A model generated the notes under the pieces. The model had not been told where the DNA came from. It did no database searches and saw nothing but the letters and a program-made list of their open reading frames with translations. This document shows, piece by piece, positions 51,889 through 62,698 of a stretch of 64,000 bases of DNA (positions are counted from its first letter, which is position 1; each line of letters begins with the position of its first letter). The translations under genes and the position numbers were made by a program. The DNA lies in NCBI GenBank assembly GCA_002395065.1, contig DGVS01000005.1, positions 78,928 to 142,927 of the forward strand, given 5' to 3'. The stretch comes from Bacillales bacterium UBA4278. Its GTDB lineage: Bacteria > Bacillota_I > Bacilli_A > RFN20 > CAG-826.

Positions 51889-53913
51889 CTAGTATCGAAA
51901 ATAAGATAAGTAAGAAATCGTCCCTTCTATATCCGTTCGACGTATTTTAACGTCGTATCGATATAAAACATCTAAAACTTCTTGGTTTGGATGACCAAAT
52001 TTATTGTTTCTACCACAGGAAATAACTGCCTCTTTAGGCTGGACTTGATTAATAAAGGATTCGTCGCTAGATGTTTTTGAACCGTGATGGCCCACTTTTA
52101 AAATATCACATTTTAGATTTGGATTATCTTTGATAATCTGTTTTTCAATTTCTTTAGGAGCATCACCCATAAAAAGATATTTTTGATCCATAAAATCCAT
52201 GTATAAAACTAATGAAGACATATTCTCATCTTTCGCTTCATAATGATTCAAATTCTCTAAATGAATGTTTCCCACATCAAACGGGAAATCATCATTACTT
52301 TTTAGATAGGTTTTAACTTTAAAATTCTTTATCAGAGAATCGGCGGCACCGGAGTGGTCAAAATCTTCGTGTGTCGTAATTAGTGCATCGAGGTGATAAA
52401 TTTGTTTTTTATTCATAAACGGAATCAATGTTTCTTTGGCCATATCGAAGTTTAGGACTCCACCAGTATCAATCATTACCGCATGGAAATGATCTTGAAT
52501 AATGATGGAGTCCCCTTGACCTACGTTTACAAAGTAAACACCACTAACAATTGAGGGTTGGATTGGCATAATACCAATTAATAAAAGAAAGGAAGTTAAT
52601 AACAAAATTAGCCGACAATGTTTATAGCGTTTAGCTTCAAAGAAATAGAGGGCGATTAAACCAAAAATATAAAAGAGAGAAATATAAATGAATCCAAAAT
52701 CAGAAAACGGAATAGTTAGGTTGATTTTTTGGTAGAACCGCAAGCATTCATAAATGAAATTGCCTAAAAAATTAATTAAAGGCGATAAAGGTAGGCCAAG
52801 CACACCCAAAAATGAAAGAAAAATAAAAAGTTCATTTATTGGGATTAGTGCCATTTGTTCGAAAAATGTTAATAAATGTAACTGACCACTTCGAAACATA
52901 AAAGCCGGTTGAATAAACAAATAAACCAAGATAGGTGTCACAAGACGCGATCTTATAGACATCTTTGTTCTGTATGATATACGGAAAAAGTAAAGGAATG
53001 TCGTTAAAGATAAACCGATTAGATAACCGACATCAAACGCCCAATAAGGATTAAGTATCAAGAGCAAAAGATGAGTTATGGAATTTTTAGAAAGGAAGCT
53101 ACCTCTTGGTCTAATACCTTCTCCTTTTGGAGGTAAGTTTAGTAAATTAACTAAAAAGACACGTAGGACACCTATCTTAGGAAAGGAAAAGACAACATAT
53201 GGAGATAGGATAAGTAAAGATAATAGATGGGATTCACGTTCTTCAAATTTTATATAAATAACCTTCTTTAGTAAGCGGAAGAAAAACGAGAAATAGATGC
53301 CTGTCGTTGACAATAAAAATATTAGATAAATATCTTCTGCAACTTGAACAACACTACTACTATAATCTTTCGTATTAAAGACCATTGCATCCACAAGCGG
53401 AGCGGCATTTCCATTCAGCTTTTGTAAGGCTTTTTTCCTAAGATTTGTTAGGCGAAATGGATTATGAAAAGAAGTATGAATATTTTTAGCACTGATTCCT
53501 CTTGAAACGCCTTTCCTTGAAAGATATTCATTAAAATCACTTTGTGATTCGTATGTTGTGAATGAATTCGTCGCTACTTCACCACTAACTATGAGAAAAT
53601 CTCCGACTTCACGTTCATTGTCTTTTTCATAGACATAGAAACGCTCGCCATGGCTATACAAGAGGAAGTAATTTTGCTTACTAGAAATGACTACTCCACT
53701 ATATGTTTGATCTGGGCTATTATACGATCGTGGTATGTTGCTAAAGAGTGCTCCGATAAGGAATAACGATAGAAAAAGAGCGCTCTTTTTTAAACCAAAC
53801 CGATAGATGATAAAGATGACAAAGAGCAGTGTTAGTACAAGACTAACGATTAGGTTATCTTTTAAAAAATGAAGACCTAAGATTAGAGAGATCAGCGCAA
53901 AAAGATATCTCAT
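51889..53913 (-). CDS. comEC: DNA uptake protein ComEC/Rec2
   Basis: Multi-TM region plus MBL domain NVGQGDS, DTGG, THEDFDH, KVGHHGS, FGHP, RTD. Confidence 0.85.
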   Translation of the reverse strand: MRYLFALISLILGLHFLKDNLIVSLVLTLLFVIFIIYRFGLKKSALFLSLFLIGALFSNIPRSYNSPDQTYSGVVISSKQNYFLLYSHGERFYVYEKDNEREVGDFLIVSGEVATNSFTTYESQSDFNEYLSRKGVSRGISAKNIHTSFHNPFRLTNLRKKALQKLNGNAAPLVDAMVFNTKDYSSSVVQVAEDIYLIFLLSTTGIYFSFFFRLLKKVIYIKFEERESHLLSLLILSPYVVFSFPKIGVLRVFLVNLLNLPPKGEGIRPRGSFLSKNSITHLLLLILNPYWAFDVGYLIGLSLTTFLYFFRISYRTKMSIRSRLVTPILVYLFIQPAFMFRSGQLHLLTFFEQMALIPINELFIFLSFLGVLGLPLSPLINFLGNFIYECLRFYQKINLTIPFSDFGFIYISLFYIFGLIALYFFEAKRYKHCRLILLLTSFLLLIGIMPIQPSIVSGVYFVNVGQGDSIIIQDHFHAVMIDTGGVLNFDMAKETLIPFMNKKQIYHLDALITTHEDFDHSGAADSLIKNFKVKTYLKSNDDFPFDVGNIHLENLNHYEAKDENMSSLVLYMDFMDQKYLFMGDAPKEIEKQIIKDNPNLKCDILKVGHHGSKTSSDESFINQVQPKEAVISCGRNNKFGHPNQEVLDVLYRYDVKIRRTDIEGTISYLSYFRY

Positions 53914-54455
53914 TCGTCACGCAAACGAATGATGTTTTTGAGCTTCTCAAAAGTGGCGTTACCGATGCCGGAAACATTCTTAATGTCTTCAATACGTCTA
54001 AAAGTGTTTCCGCTCTGTCGGTAAGACACAATAGCTTTCGCAATTGCTGTCCCAATTCCGCCAACTTTTTTCATTTCCTCTTCTGAGGCTGTGTTGACGT
54101 TAAATTTTACGATTGGATCAGTCGCGCAAATACTATCCGTTTTGTATTTTGGAGCAATATAGAACTCCAGGCCTTGCTGTAACACATAAGATGTATCGTA
54201 AGCTAGTCCATCAGCGTTACTCGTTTCCCCTGACGCATAAGAGATTAAATCACCCAAAGTAGAATTGAGATCACACTTATACGTGCCCGGACGTCCAACT
54301 TCTCCAGAAATACGGCACGAAATTGTTTTTGAATCGTCACTGACCAAAGTTGTTGGGGCGTTTCCGCCAGCTGTCTCTTGTGTCGGATCAATGGCTTTAA
54401 ACACTAAAATACCAACAACTGTGAGAGCAACAATCGCAATAATAATTTTGACCAT
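53910..54455 (-). CDS. comEA: DNA receptor ComEA
   Basis: N-terminal TM, SLBB (ISGEV.RPG.Y), HhH NVNTAS...GIG...VSGIG. Confidence 0.88.
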   Translation of the reverse strand: MVKIIIAIVALTVVGILVFKAIDPTQETAGGNAPTTLVSDDSKTISCRISGEVGRPGTYKCDLNSTLGDLISYASGETSNADGLAYDTSYVLQQGLEFYIAPKYKTDSICATDPIVKFNVNTASEEEMKKVGGIGTAIAKAIVSYRQSGNTFRRIEDIKNVSGIGNATFEKLKNIIRLRDE

Positions 54456-54560
54456 AGTTGTCCACCTCCTTACATATATCTTTATCGAGTTTTTTTGACC
54501 AAATTTTTCACACGATTTTTCTTAAAATAATTTTATATATAAAATTTTTTTAAAAAATTT

Positions 54561-54584
54561 AAAAAAAGAGAGGAAACCCTCTCT
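54561..54584 (-). terminator. Terminator after valS
   Basis: AGAGAGG-loop-CCTCTCT plus U tract. Confidence 0.75.
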
Positions 54585-54606
54585 AATTCCCACTTTTAAG
54601 GTGGAT

Positions 54607-57153
54607 TTACTTTAGGTCAGATAGACGCTTTTTGAACTCTTCTAACTTCTTTTGCTCTAACTCAACTTTTTCTTTTGGAGCGCGAGCAACAAAGTTTGGA
54701 TTATTCAGCATTCCTTCACAACGTTTGATTTCGCTTTCAAGGAAGGCGATATCACGAGCGCGCTTCTCTTCGAGTTCTTCTTTGGAAATTTCATCTTCAA
54801 TATAAAGAGTCATCTTTCCATACGCGTATTTCATTCCTTTATCGTAAGGTTTACTAGTGAAGACAATTTCTTTAGCAAACGTAAAACGTTTAAGATATGT
54901 TTCAAATCCGTCAAATGGTTGCTTTTCACTTTCGACAACAAGTTTCAAAGCATAGTTTGGCGCAAGTTTGTTCGTAACTTTATAGTTACGGAGTTCTGCG
55001 ATCATCTTCATTAAGAGTTCAACCTCGGAGACATCATCCTTGTAGTCTTTTACTTCTGGATAAGTCTCGATCATGATTGATTCCTTGTGCTCAGGCAAAG
55101 CCTGATAAAGTTCTTCGGCGATAAATGGAGCGAATGGATAAATCATTAAAATGATTGAACGAACAATTTCAACCAGAATTGTGCGAACAACATTCTTATA
55201 TTCTTCATTCTCTCCTTGGAGAGTAACTTTACTCATCTCAAGATAATTTGAGCAGAAGTCATCGTAAACAAAATTATAAAGATAGTTTGATGCCATCGAA
55301 TATTCATATTTATTCATGTAGCCATCCACCGCTTTAATTGTTTCGTTTAAACGAATAAGGATATGTTTTTCCACTGGAGCAAGTTCTTTGAACTTGTAAT
55401 CAACTGGTTTGTATGATTCACCAAGTGATTCAAGAACATAACGAACCGAGTTCCAGATTTTATTTAAGTAGTTACTGGCACTAGAAACTTTTTCATCAAT
55501 ATAACGGATGTCTTGTCCTGGAGCTGAGCCAGTCGTTAAGAAGTAACGAAGAGCATCAACACCATATTTATCAATCACATCAATCGGATCAATTCCATTA
55601 CCTAGTGATTTAGACATCTTTCGTCCTTTTGAGTCACGAATTAATCCATGGATTAAGCAATCCTTAAATGGAGATTCTTTCGTGAATTCGAGGGAGTCAA
55701 AAATCATTCGACTAACCCAGAAGAAAATAATGTCATAAGCTGTAACTAGGAGTGAATTTGGAAAATAACGCTTAAAGTCCTTAGTTTCTTCTGGCCAACC
55801 AAGTGTCGCAAATGGCCATAAAGCACTGGAGAACCATGTATCCAAGACATCTTCATCTTGGACATAGTTTGGATCAGTGATTTCTTCTTCTGAGACTAAA
55901 ATCTCACCTGTTTGCTTATTATAATAAGCAGGAATACGATGTCCCCACCAGAGTTGGCGTGAGATACACCAGTCATCAACGTTTTCCATCCATTGTCGGA
56001 AAGTATGGTTAAAGCGAGTTGGAACAAAGTTCACACTAGATTTTTCTAAAGCTTGGTCAGCAAGTGGTCTCATTTTGACAAACCACTGTTTTAAAAGCAT
56101 TGGTTCGACAACTGTGTGGCTTCTTTCGGAGTGACCAACTTGGTGAACAATGTCTTCGATTTTAATCAGACGTCCATCTTTTTCGATTTGTTTGACTAAA
56201 GCTTCACGACATTCATAACGGTCCATACCTTTGTATTTTCCGCAGATATCGCTCATCTTGGCGTCTAAATCCATACATTTTGGACGAGCTAAATGATATT
56301 TTTCGCTTAAAGCGAAGTCATTTGGGTCGTGTGCTGGAGTACATTTCATCGCTCCAGTACCAAATTCAATATCGACATATTCGTCAGCCATGATTGGTAA
56401 AGGTTCTTCATTAGCTGGATTAATCACCTTTTGACCAATGAGATGTTGATAACGTTTATCATTTGGGTTCACAAACACCGCCACATCACCAAACATTGTT
56501 TCTGGTCGAGTTGTAGCAACGGTTAAATATTCTTTCGAACCAACGATTGGATATTTAAAGTAATAGAATTTTCCTGGATCATCAAAATATTCGACTTCGA
56601 TGTTGCTTAATGCGGTCTTGAGTTCTGGGTCATAGTTAATAATGCGTTCTCCACGATAAATAAGACCTTTATCGTATAACGTCTTAAAGACATGTCGAAC
56701 GGCGCGACTAAGATTTTCATCAAGCGTAAATCTTTCACGCGTGTAATCAAGCATTAGACCCATTTTGGCCCATTGTTCATGGATGTTCTTAGCGTACTCA
56801 TGCTTCCATTCCCAGGCTTTCTCGAGGAATTTTTCTCTTCCAAGGTCATAGCGAGAAATCCCTTCTTTACGAAGTTTTTCTTCAACTTTGGCTTGCGTAG
56901 CAATGCCAGCGTGGTCCATGCCAGGTAACCAAAGAACATCGTAGCCTTTGAGTTTTTTATATCGAGCAGTAATATCTTGAATAGTTGTGTTCCAGGCGTG
57001 GCCTAAATGAAGTTTACCGGTCACGTTTGGAGGAGGAATCACCATGGAGAATGGATTTTTAGATTTATCTCCAGCGGTAAAATAACCTTTGGATTTCCAA
57101 AAGTCATATTTTCCCTCTTCAACTTTCTTTGGATCATAGCGTTTATCTAACAT
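54607..57153 (-). CDS. valS: Valine-tRNA ligase
   Basis: PPPNVTG.LHLGH, WCISRQLWWGH, KMSKS; start 57153 after GGAGG. Confidence 0.98.
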   Translation of the reverse strand: MLDKRYDPKKVEEGKYDFWKSKGYFTAGDKSKNPFSMVIPPPNVTGKLHLGHAWNTTIQDITARYKKLKGYDVLWLPGMDHAGIATQAKVEEKLRKEGISRYDLGREKFLEKAWEWKHEYAKNIHEQWAKMGLMLDYTRERFTLDENLSRAVRHVFKTLYDKGLIYRGERIINYDPELKTALSNIEVEYFDDPGKFYYFKYPIVGSKEYLTVATTRPETMFGDVAVFVNPNDKRYQHLIGQKVINPANEEPLPIMADEYVDIEFGTGAMKCTPAHDPNDFALSEKYHLARPKCMDLDAKMSDICGKYKGMDRYECREALVKQIEKDGRLIKIEDIVHQVGHSERSHTVVEPMLLKQWFVKMRPLADQALEKSSVNFVPTRFNHTFRQWMENVDDWCISRQLWWGHRIPAYYNKQTGEILVSEEEITDPNYVQDEDVLDTWFSSALWPFATLGWPEETKDFKRYFPNSLLVTAYDIIFFWVSRMIFDSLEFTKESPFKDCLIHGLIRDSKGRKMSKSLGNGIDPIDVIDKYGVDALRYFLTTGSAPGQDIRYIDEKVSSASNYLNKIWNSVRYVLESLGESYKPVDYKFKELAPVEKHILIRLNETIKAVDGYMNKYEYSMASNYLYNFVYDDFCSNYLEMSKVTLQGENEEYKNVVRTILVEIVRSIILMIYPFAPFIAEELYQALPEHKESIMIETYPEVKDYKDDVSEVELLMKMIAELRNYKVTNKLAPNYALKLVVESEKQPFDGFETYLKRFTFAKEIVFTSKPYDKGMKYAYGKMTLYIEDEISKEELEEKRARDIAFLESEIKRCEGMLNNPNFVARAPKEKVELEQKKLEEFKKRLSDLK

Positions 57154-57174
57154 AAGCTGACCTCCTAACAAAAT

Positions 57175-57380
57175 AAAAAAGCGTTCCGTCTAAGGACGCT
57201 TTCACGTGGTACCACCTTAATTCTATAACTTAGTTATAGCACTTCATTTGTCTTTATCGCAGAACTACGGAATATTCCTATTCAATCTCGCAAGCGACAA
57301 TAATTAGAACTTTAGAAGTTTTCCACCAACCAACTTCTCTCTAGATAAAGTGATCTAATTAACCTCTTGGTCAACGATAT
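57175..57380 (-). ncRNA. T-box riboswitch (valS leader)
   Basis: AGAGA and GGTGGAA boxes in stem I, probable GUC (Val) specifier 57296-57298, T-box AAGGTGGTACCACG 57205-57218, terminator 57175-57202. Confidence 0.88.
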
Positions 57381-57420
57381 TCTAATTATAACAAACCATT
57401 GTCTATAAACAATGAATGTT

Positions 57421-57999
57421 TTAATTTTCAATAGCGTGAGTAATCACACCTTTTAGTTTTTCAAGAGTTTCTTTCTTCAAAGAAGAAACTTCAAGATAAT
57501 TTTCTTCCTGTACTTCGTTTTTCATTCTCTTACGAAGTGCAGCTGAATCTTTTTGATTAAGTTTATCAACTTTTGTATTAACGAGCACATAAGGAAGATA
57601 TGATTCCTTTAAAAAAGAATGGAAGTCTTCATCGTCTTTACTTAACTTGTGACGGGAATCAACAAGGAAGACAACGAGTTTTAGATGTGGATTAGTGAAA
57701 TACTTTTCCATCATTTCCCCAAAAGAGGAGACATCTTTACTTCCACTTGCGGTATAACCATATCCTGGGGCATCTACAAGGTAAAATTTATCATCAATTA
57801 TAAAATAATTGAGTAATTTCGTAAAACCAGGTTTTGAGGATGTGTAAGCAAGATTTTTTCTACCTGTTAAAGCATTAATCAATGATGATTTTCCGACGTT
57901 TGATTTACCAACAAAAAGAACTTCAGGAAGATCTCTTTCTGGCTTGTCAGCAAGTCTCGGCGCTGACTTAACAAAATCAACACGTCGGAAATCAATCAT
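57421..57999 (-). CDS. engB: Ribosome biogenesis GTPase YsxC/EngB
   Basis: GKSNVGKSSLIN, SSKPG, DAPGYG, TKVDK; follows lon. Confidence 0.93.
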   Translation of the reverse strand: MIDFRRVDFVKSAPRLADKPERDLPEVLFVGKSNVGKSSLINALTGRKNLAYTSSKPGFTKLLNYFIIDDKFYLVDAPGYGYTASGSKDVSSFGEMMEKYFTNPHLKLVVFLVDSRHKLSKDDEDFHSFLKESYLPYVLVNTKVDKLNQKDSAALRKRMKNEVQEENYLEVSSLKKETLEKLKGVITHAIEN

Positions 58000-58000
58000 T

Positions 58001-60334
58001 TTATTTTAAAATGGCAACTTTGACAGCATCATCAACATTCTGCATGTAAACAATGCTCAAATTGTCTTTCACCTCTTTTGGCAATTCATCCACTGCTTTC
58101 TTGTTTTCCTTTGGAACAATAATGGTTTTAATACCACTACGTAAAGCAGCCAGAGACTTTTCGCGGAGTCCACCAATTGGTAGAGCTTGTCCACGAAGTG
58201 TTACTTCACCAGTCATCGCCACGTTATTATCAACTGGACGATTGGTTAAGCAAGAAATAATTGCGGTTGTAATTGCTACACCAGCACTTGGACCATCTTT
58301 TGGTACAGCGCCTTCTGGGAAGTGAATATGGAAATCACTTTCAGCGAAAACTTTCGAATCAATCGCATATTTTGTGGCATTAGCGCGGACATAGTCTAGA
58401 GCAATAGTAGCACTTTCTTTCATTACATCACCAAGTTTTCCGGTCAGGATTAAACTACCTTTTCCTGGGAAGTAATTAACCTCGATTGGAAGGATATCTC
58501 CACCAAATTGAGTGTAAGCTAAGCCAGTAACCACACCGACTTGGGCATTTTCTTCTTTCTTTGAATTTTCAAAGATTGGAGTGCCTAAATATTTGTGGAC
58601 TTTTTCTGGAGTAATAGCGATTTTTTCAGTTTCGTGATTTGTTAACAAATCAACAACCACTTTACGGCAAATTGATCCGATTAAACGTTCGAGTTCACGA
58701 ACACCAGCTTCACGGGTGTATTCTTGAATGATGGTTTTATAAGCAGCTTCCGAAAAAGAAATTTGCTTATTGTTTAAACCATTCGCCTCGATTTGCTTCT
58801 TAGATAAGAAGTTTTTAGCGATTTGAATCTTTTCAAACTCCGTATAAGAATTCACTTCGATGAGTTCTAAACGGTCACGGAGTGGCGCTGGAACGTTCTC
58901 GAGATAGTTCGCCGTTGCAATAAAGAGAACTTTGCTTAAATCATATGGTTCTTCAAGATAGTTATCATTGAAGGCAAAGTTTTGTTCTGGATCAAGAACT
59001 TCAAGCATGGCGCTTGCTGGATCTCCTTTATAAGAGGAACCAAGTTTATCGACTTCGTCGAGAAGGAAAACTGGGTTCACTACACCAACACGCTTCATGC
59101 CGGAAATAATGCGTCCAGGCATTGAACCGACGTAAGTACGTCGATGACCACGAATTTCCGCTTCATCAGAGATACCACCAAGACTTGCTTTAAAGAACTT
59201 TCTTCCTAAAGCGCGAGCAATTGACTTACCTAAACTAGTCTTACCACATCCTGGAGGTCCATAGAAACAAAGTATTGGGGCCTTTAAGCTATTTGTTTTT
59301 TGTTTAACGGCTAAATATTCAACGATACGTTTTTTGACCTTATCAAGACCAAAATGGTCTTCGTCTAAAATTTTCTGAACATTTTTGAGGTCATTATTAT
59401 CTTCCGTCTCTTGGTACCATGGCACATCCATTAATGTTTGGATGTAACTCATGATGAGAGAAGATTCAAGTGATGCTTGAGGCATCATTTGGTAACGTTT
59501 CAGTTCTTGTTTGACTTTCGTTTTAACGTGTTCTGGATAAGGATTTTCCTCTAAACGTTTGAGAATATTATCCTCATCGTTAGCGCCTTCTGGGTCTTCG
59601 CCGAGTTCCTTTTTGATCGCTTTCATCTTCTCACGAAGGATATAATCCTTCTGTTGTTTCTCGGTTTGTTGAGAAACTTCACGGGAAATATCAGCATCAA
59701 CTTTTGCTTCCACAAGGGATTCTTTTAAGGATTGAGCGACAAGAGTTAATCTTTCTTCGACGTTAATTGCTTCTAAGATTTTTTGACGTCCGAGTTCGTT
59801 TAAGAAAAGGTATGGCGCTAAAGCATCGGCAAGTTCGCCAGGATTCATCCCCTGTGAACTTAAAGAAGTATAAACACTTCTTGGAATTGCTCCAGCAACA
59901 CGTTGGACCTTTGGTAACATGGAAGTAATATCCTTTAATAAGGATAAAACTTTCTGGTTGTCACCTGGAATATCTTCCAAAACTTCAACATCAGCAACGT
60001 AGTAGCCAGATTGATCAAACGAGATGTTGTTTAGTTTGACACGAACAGATGAATTAATCCGCACGGAGACATATGTCTTCATGTCGGTGTAGGTGGTAAT
60101 TCGGCACAATGTTCCAACCTTATAAAGGTCTTTAATTGTTGGAGTTTCCACTTTCTGGTCTTTTTGGGAGACCACAACTAAAAGAGACGATTCTTTATCG
60201 CGGCTAGCTTGAATAGCTTTAATTGAAAAGTCTCTTCCGGCATCGATTTTTTCATCGTGTGTGCCTGGGAAAAGGGTATAAGCTTTCGTGATGAGTAATG
60301 GTAATGTAAATTTTGTTTTGCTATTATCAGCCAT
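58001..60334 (-). CDS. lon: Lon protease
   Basis: GPPGCGKTS, GHRRTYVG, PKDGPSAG catalytic Ser, GGLREK. Confidence 0.97.
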   Translation of the reverse strand: MADNSKTKFTLPLLITKAYTLFPGTHDEKIDAGRDFSIKAIQASRDKESSLLVVVSQKDQKVETPTIKDLYKVGTLCRITTYTDMKTYVSVRINSSVRVKLNNISFDQSGYYVADVEVLEDIPGDNQKVLSLLKDITSMLPKVQRVAGAIPRSVYTSLSSQGMNPGELADALAPYLFLNELGRQKILEAINVEERLTLVAQSLKESLVEAKVDADISREVSQQTEKQQKDYILREKMKAIKKELGEDPEGANDEDNILKRLEENPYPEHVKTKVKQELKRYQMMPQASLESSLIMSYIQTLMDVPWYQETEDNNDLKNVQKILDEDHFGLDKVKKRIVEYLAVKQKTNSLKAPILCFYGPPGCGKTSLGKSIARALGRKFFKASLGGISDEAEIRGHRRTYVGSMPGRIISGMKRVGVVNPVFLLDEVDKLGSSYKGDPASAMLEVLDPEQNFAFNDNYLEEPYDLSKVLFIATANYLENVPAPLRDRLELIEVNSYTEFEKIQIAKNFLSKKQIEANGLNNKQISFSEAAYKTIIQEYTREAGVRELERLIGSICRKVVVDLLTNHETEKIAITPEKVHKYLGTPIFENSKKEENAQVGVVTGLAYTQFGGDILPIEVNYFPGKGSLILTGKLGDVMKESATIALDYVRANATKYAIDSKVFAESDFHIHFPEGAVPKDGPSAGVAITTAIISCLTNRPVDNNVAMTGEVTLRGQALPIGGLREKSLAALRSGIKTIIVPKENKKAVDELPKEVKDNLSIVYMQNVDDAVKVAILK

Positions 60335-60377
60335 AACTACTCCTTTCCTTTCTTTTTAGAAATGCTTAAGTAATGGA

Positions 60378-61658
60378 TTACTTAGCAATGTTTTCGTTTA
60401 ATAAGAAATCAGTAATGCGACGTTGACGGATTTCGGCTTTGAAACGTGGTAAATCTTTACCAAGGATTTCTTTCACTTTGTTAAGTTCCATGTGGTATTG
60501 ATCGGCGATCTTGGCCATTTCGAATTCGACATCCGCATCACTCACTTCAATTTTTTCTTCTTTCGCAATTTGTTCCATGACTAAGATAGCACGGAGGTTC
60601 TTTTCAGCATCTTCATGCATCTTTTTGGACAAATCTTCTTCTTTTTGACCAGTGATTTGTAAGTATTGTTCAACACTCATTCCACGAGATTGAACTTGTT
60701 GTTCCAGATTCTTTCTCATGCCTTCGACTTCGTCATCGATCATTTCATGAGCGAGTTCAATCTTGGCATTTTTGGAAATTTCTTCAATCACTTTGTTGAG
60801 AGCTTCATTAGTGGCACTTTGTTCTTTTTGGGCCTTAATTTGCTCTTTTTGGTATTTCTTAAGACCTTCAACATCTTTGACTTCTGGGATGTTTAGGTCT
60901 TTGATAAGTTCTTCATTTAATTCTGGAAGAACTTTTTCTTTCACTTCGTGAATAGTGCATGTAAATGTCGCATCTTTACCAGCGAGTTCTGGAACGTATT
61001 GTTCTGGGAACTTCACTTTCACTTCGACAACTTCACCACTCTTTTTGCCAACAAGTTGTTCTTCGAAGCCTGGAACAAAGGAATGGGAACCGAGTTCTAA
61101 AGAATAGTTTTCGGCTTTGCCACCTTCAAATTCTTTTCCATCAACTTTACCAACAAAGTCCATGACAACGGTGTCACCTTCTTTGGCTGGTTTTTCGCTG
61201 ACGACTAAGGAAGCATTTCCAGCAACGAGTTTATCGATTGCTTCATTAACTTCTTTTTCCGAAACGCTCACTTTGGCCTTTTCGATGTTTAGTCCTTTGT
61301 ATTGGCCAAGTTTGACTTCTGGAGCAAGAACAATAATGAACTTAAGTTGAAGTTCAGTGTCACTTACTTTAGTAACATCAACACTTGGACGTGCAAATGG
61401 TTGAAGTTTTTCTTCACGGATGACTTCTTCATAAGCAGGTTGAAGCATTAAATTAATCGCTTCGTTAAAAATCTTTCCGGTATCGATGTGCTGACGAGCA
61501 AGACTTTCTGGGGCTTTCCCTTTACGAAAGCCTTTGATTTCGAGTTCGCTAGCTAACTTTTGGAACGCTTTTGATTGGGCGTCTTTCCAAGTTAATTCAT
61601 CAACATCACAAACGACTTCGACTTTGGAATTTTCTAATTTATTGACGACTCTTTTCAT
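60378..61658 (-). CDS. tig: Trigger factor
   Basis: GFRKGKAP, FEGG, FVPGFEEQL; start 61658 after AAGGAG. Confidence 0.96.
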   Translation of the reverse strand: MKRVVNKLENSKVEVVCDVDELTWKDAQSKAFQKLASELEIKGFRKGKAPESLARQHIDTGKIFNEAINLMLQPAYEEVIREEKLQPFARPSVDVTKVSDTELQLKFIIVLAPEVKLGQYKGLNIEKAKVSVSEKEVNEAIDKLVAGNASLVVSEKPAKEGDTVVMDFVGKVDGKEFEGGKAENYSLELGSHSFVPGFEEQLVGKKSGEVVEVKVKFPEQYVPELAGKDATFTCTIHEVKEKVLPELNEELIKDLNIPEVKDVEGLKKYQKEQIKAQKEQSATNEALNKVIEEISKNAKIELAHEMIDDEVEGMRKNLEQQVQSRGMSVEQYLQITGQKEEDLSKKMHEDAEKNLRAILVMEQIAKEEKIEVSDADVEFEMAKIADQYHMELNKVKEILGKDLPRFKAEIRQRRITDFLLNENIAK

Positions 61659-61738
61659 AAGTATCTCCTTTTCGAATGAGCATTGTAAAGTATATGTAAA
61701 TATACACTTCAATGCAACAAGAAAGATAATTATTGATA

Positions 61739-62632
61739 TTAGATTTTGATTGGTGGGGTTTTATCTAAAATCTCTTGAATCTTTGATGCAAGAGAAGAGT
61801 CGAATGTCGGTTTTTGTTGCAAATAACCCATAGCGATATAAACAAACGCCTGGGCTAATTCAATAATTCCATCCTGATAAATGTCGATAGGATAAGTATC
61901 TAAAATGTAGCAATTAAATAAGTGCAGTGCGGTCTCTGTAATCGATGTATCTCCATTAGAAAACAACGTGATTTGATGGCAGACTTCATTAAAATCTTCA
62001 TGCATAAACGGCGGGGTAATTTTAGCTGGGTTAACCACCACCATTTTATCTTGAACAACAACAGAAATTTCGGAGTCATATTTTTGGTCAACAAGATAGA
62101 TCAAAACATATGTTCGAAAGTTTGGGTGAACGTCTCTTCTTTTTAAGAAAACACGAATACTATCAATCAATAGATTGATGTTGTAGTTTTTTAGTTGAAA
62201 AATTGTTTGCGCAATCTCGCTTGGAGTAGTACCAGTTTCAAGGGTCTCAAACACCTCATCAAGAGGGATTAAATTAGACCCTTTTTTCTGGTGTGCTTCA
62301 TCCTCAATTCGCTTCTTCATTTCACGTAAGAATTCTTCGACTTCTTGCGAGATATATGGAAGGTTTTCATAGTGGCGTAATTTGATGCGTGCTTCGTCAT
62401 AAAGCTTCTCACTTAAAAGAAGCTCAAAATGCATCTTCATTAATTGAAATGGATAAGAAGTTTCCAAAACTGGTTGATATCGATCAATCTCATCTAGTGC
62501 TTCTTTTCGTTTACCTTGTTGAACAAGCGCACTAAGCACAAGAAAACGTTCTTTTGAATCATGAGAATCACCAATAAGTTTGATCATTAGATCAAAGTTC
62601 TTTTGTTCAAATAGCTCTTCAATCTTATTCAC
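61739..62632 (-). CDS. Hypothetical alpha-helical (TPR-like) protein
   Basis: Long open frame; GTG start 62632 lies 7 nt after TATAAT. Confidence 0.6.
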   Translation of the reverse strand: MNKIEELFEQKNFDLMIKLIGDSHDSKERFLVLSALVQQGKRKEALDEIDRYQPVLETSYPFQLMKMHFELLLSEKLYDEARIKLRHYENLPYISQEVEEFLREMKKRIEDEAHQKKGSNLIPLDEVFETLETGTTPSEIAQTIFQLKNYNINLLIDSIRVFLKRRDVHPNFRTYVLIYLVDQKYDSEISVVVQDKMVVVNPAKITPPFMHEDFNEVCHQITLFSNGDTSITETALHLFNCYILDTYPIDIYQDGIIELAQAFVYIAMGYLQQKPTFDSSLASKIQEILDKTPPIKI

Positions 62633-62698
62633 GTGTAACATTATATAACAAAAATCGCACATATACACGTGCGATTAATGTTATTGATTAAATAATAA

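Noticed and set aside
53910-53912. Genetic code 4 (TGA = Trp) given Mollicutes-like traits
   Set aside because: comEA ends in TGA overlapping the comEC ATG, and all long genes are open under code 11
54510-54560. ComK AT-boxes upstream of comEA
   Set aside because: Very AT-rich but no clean paired AAAA-N5-TTTT boxes
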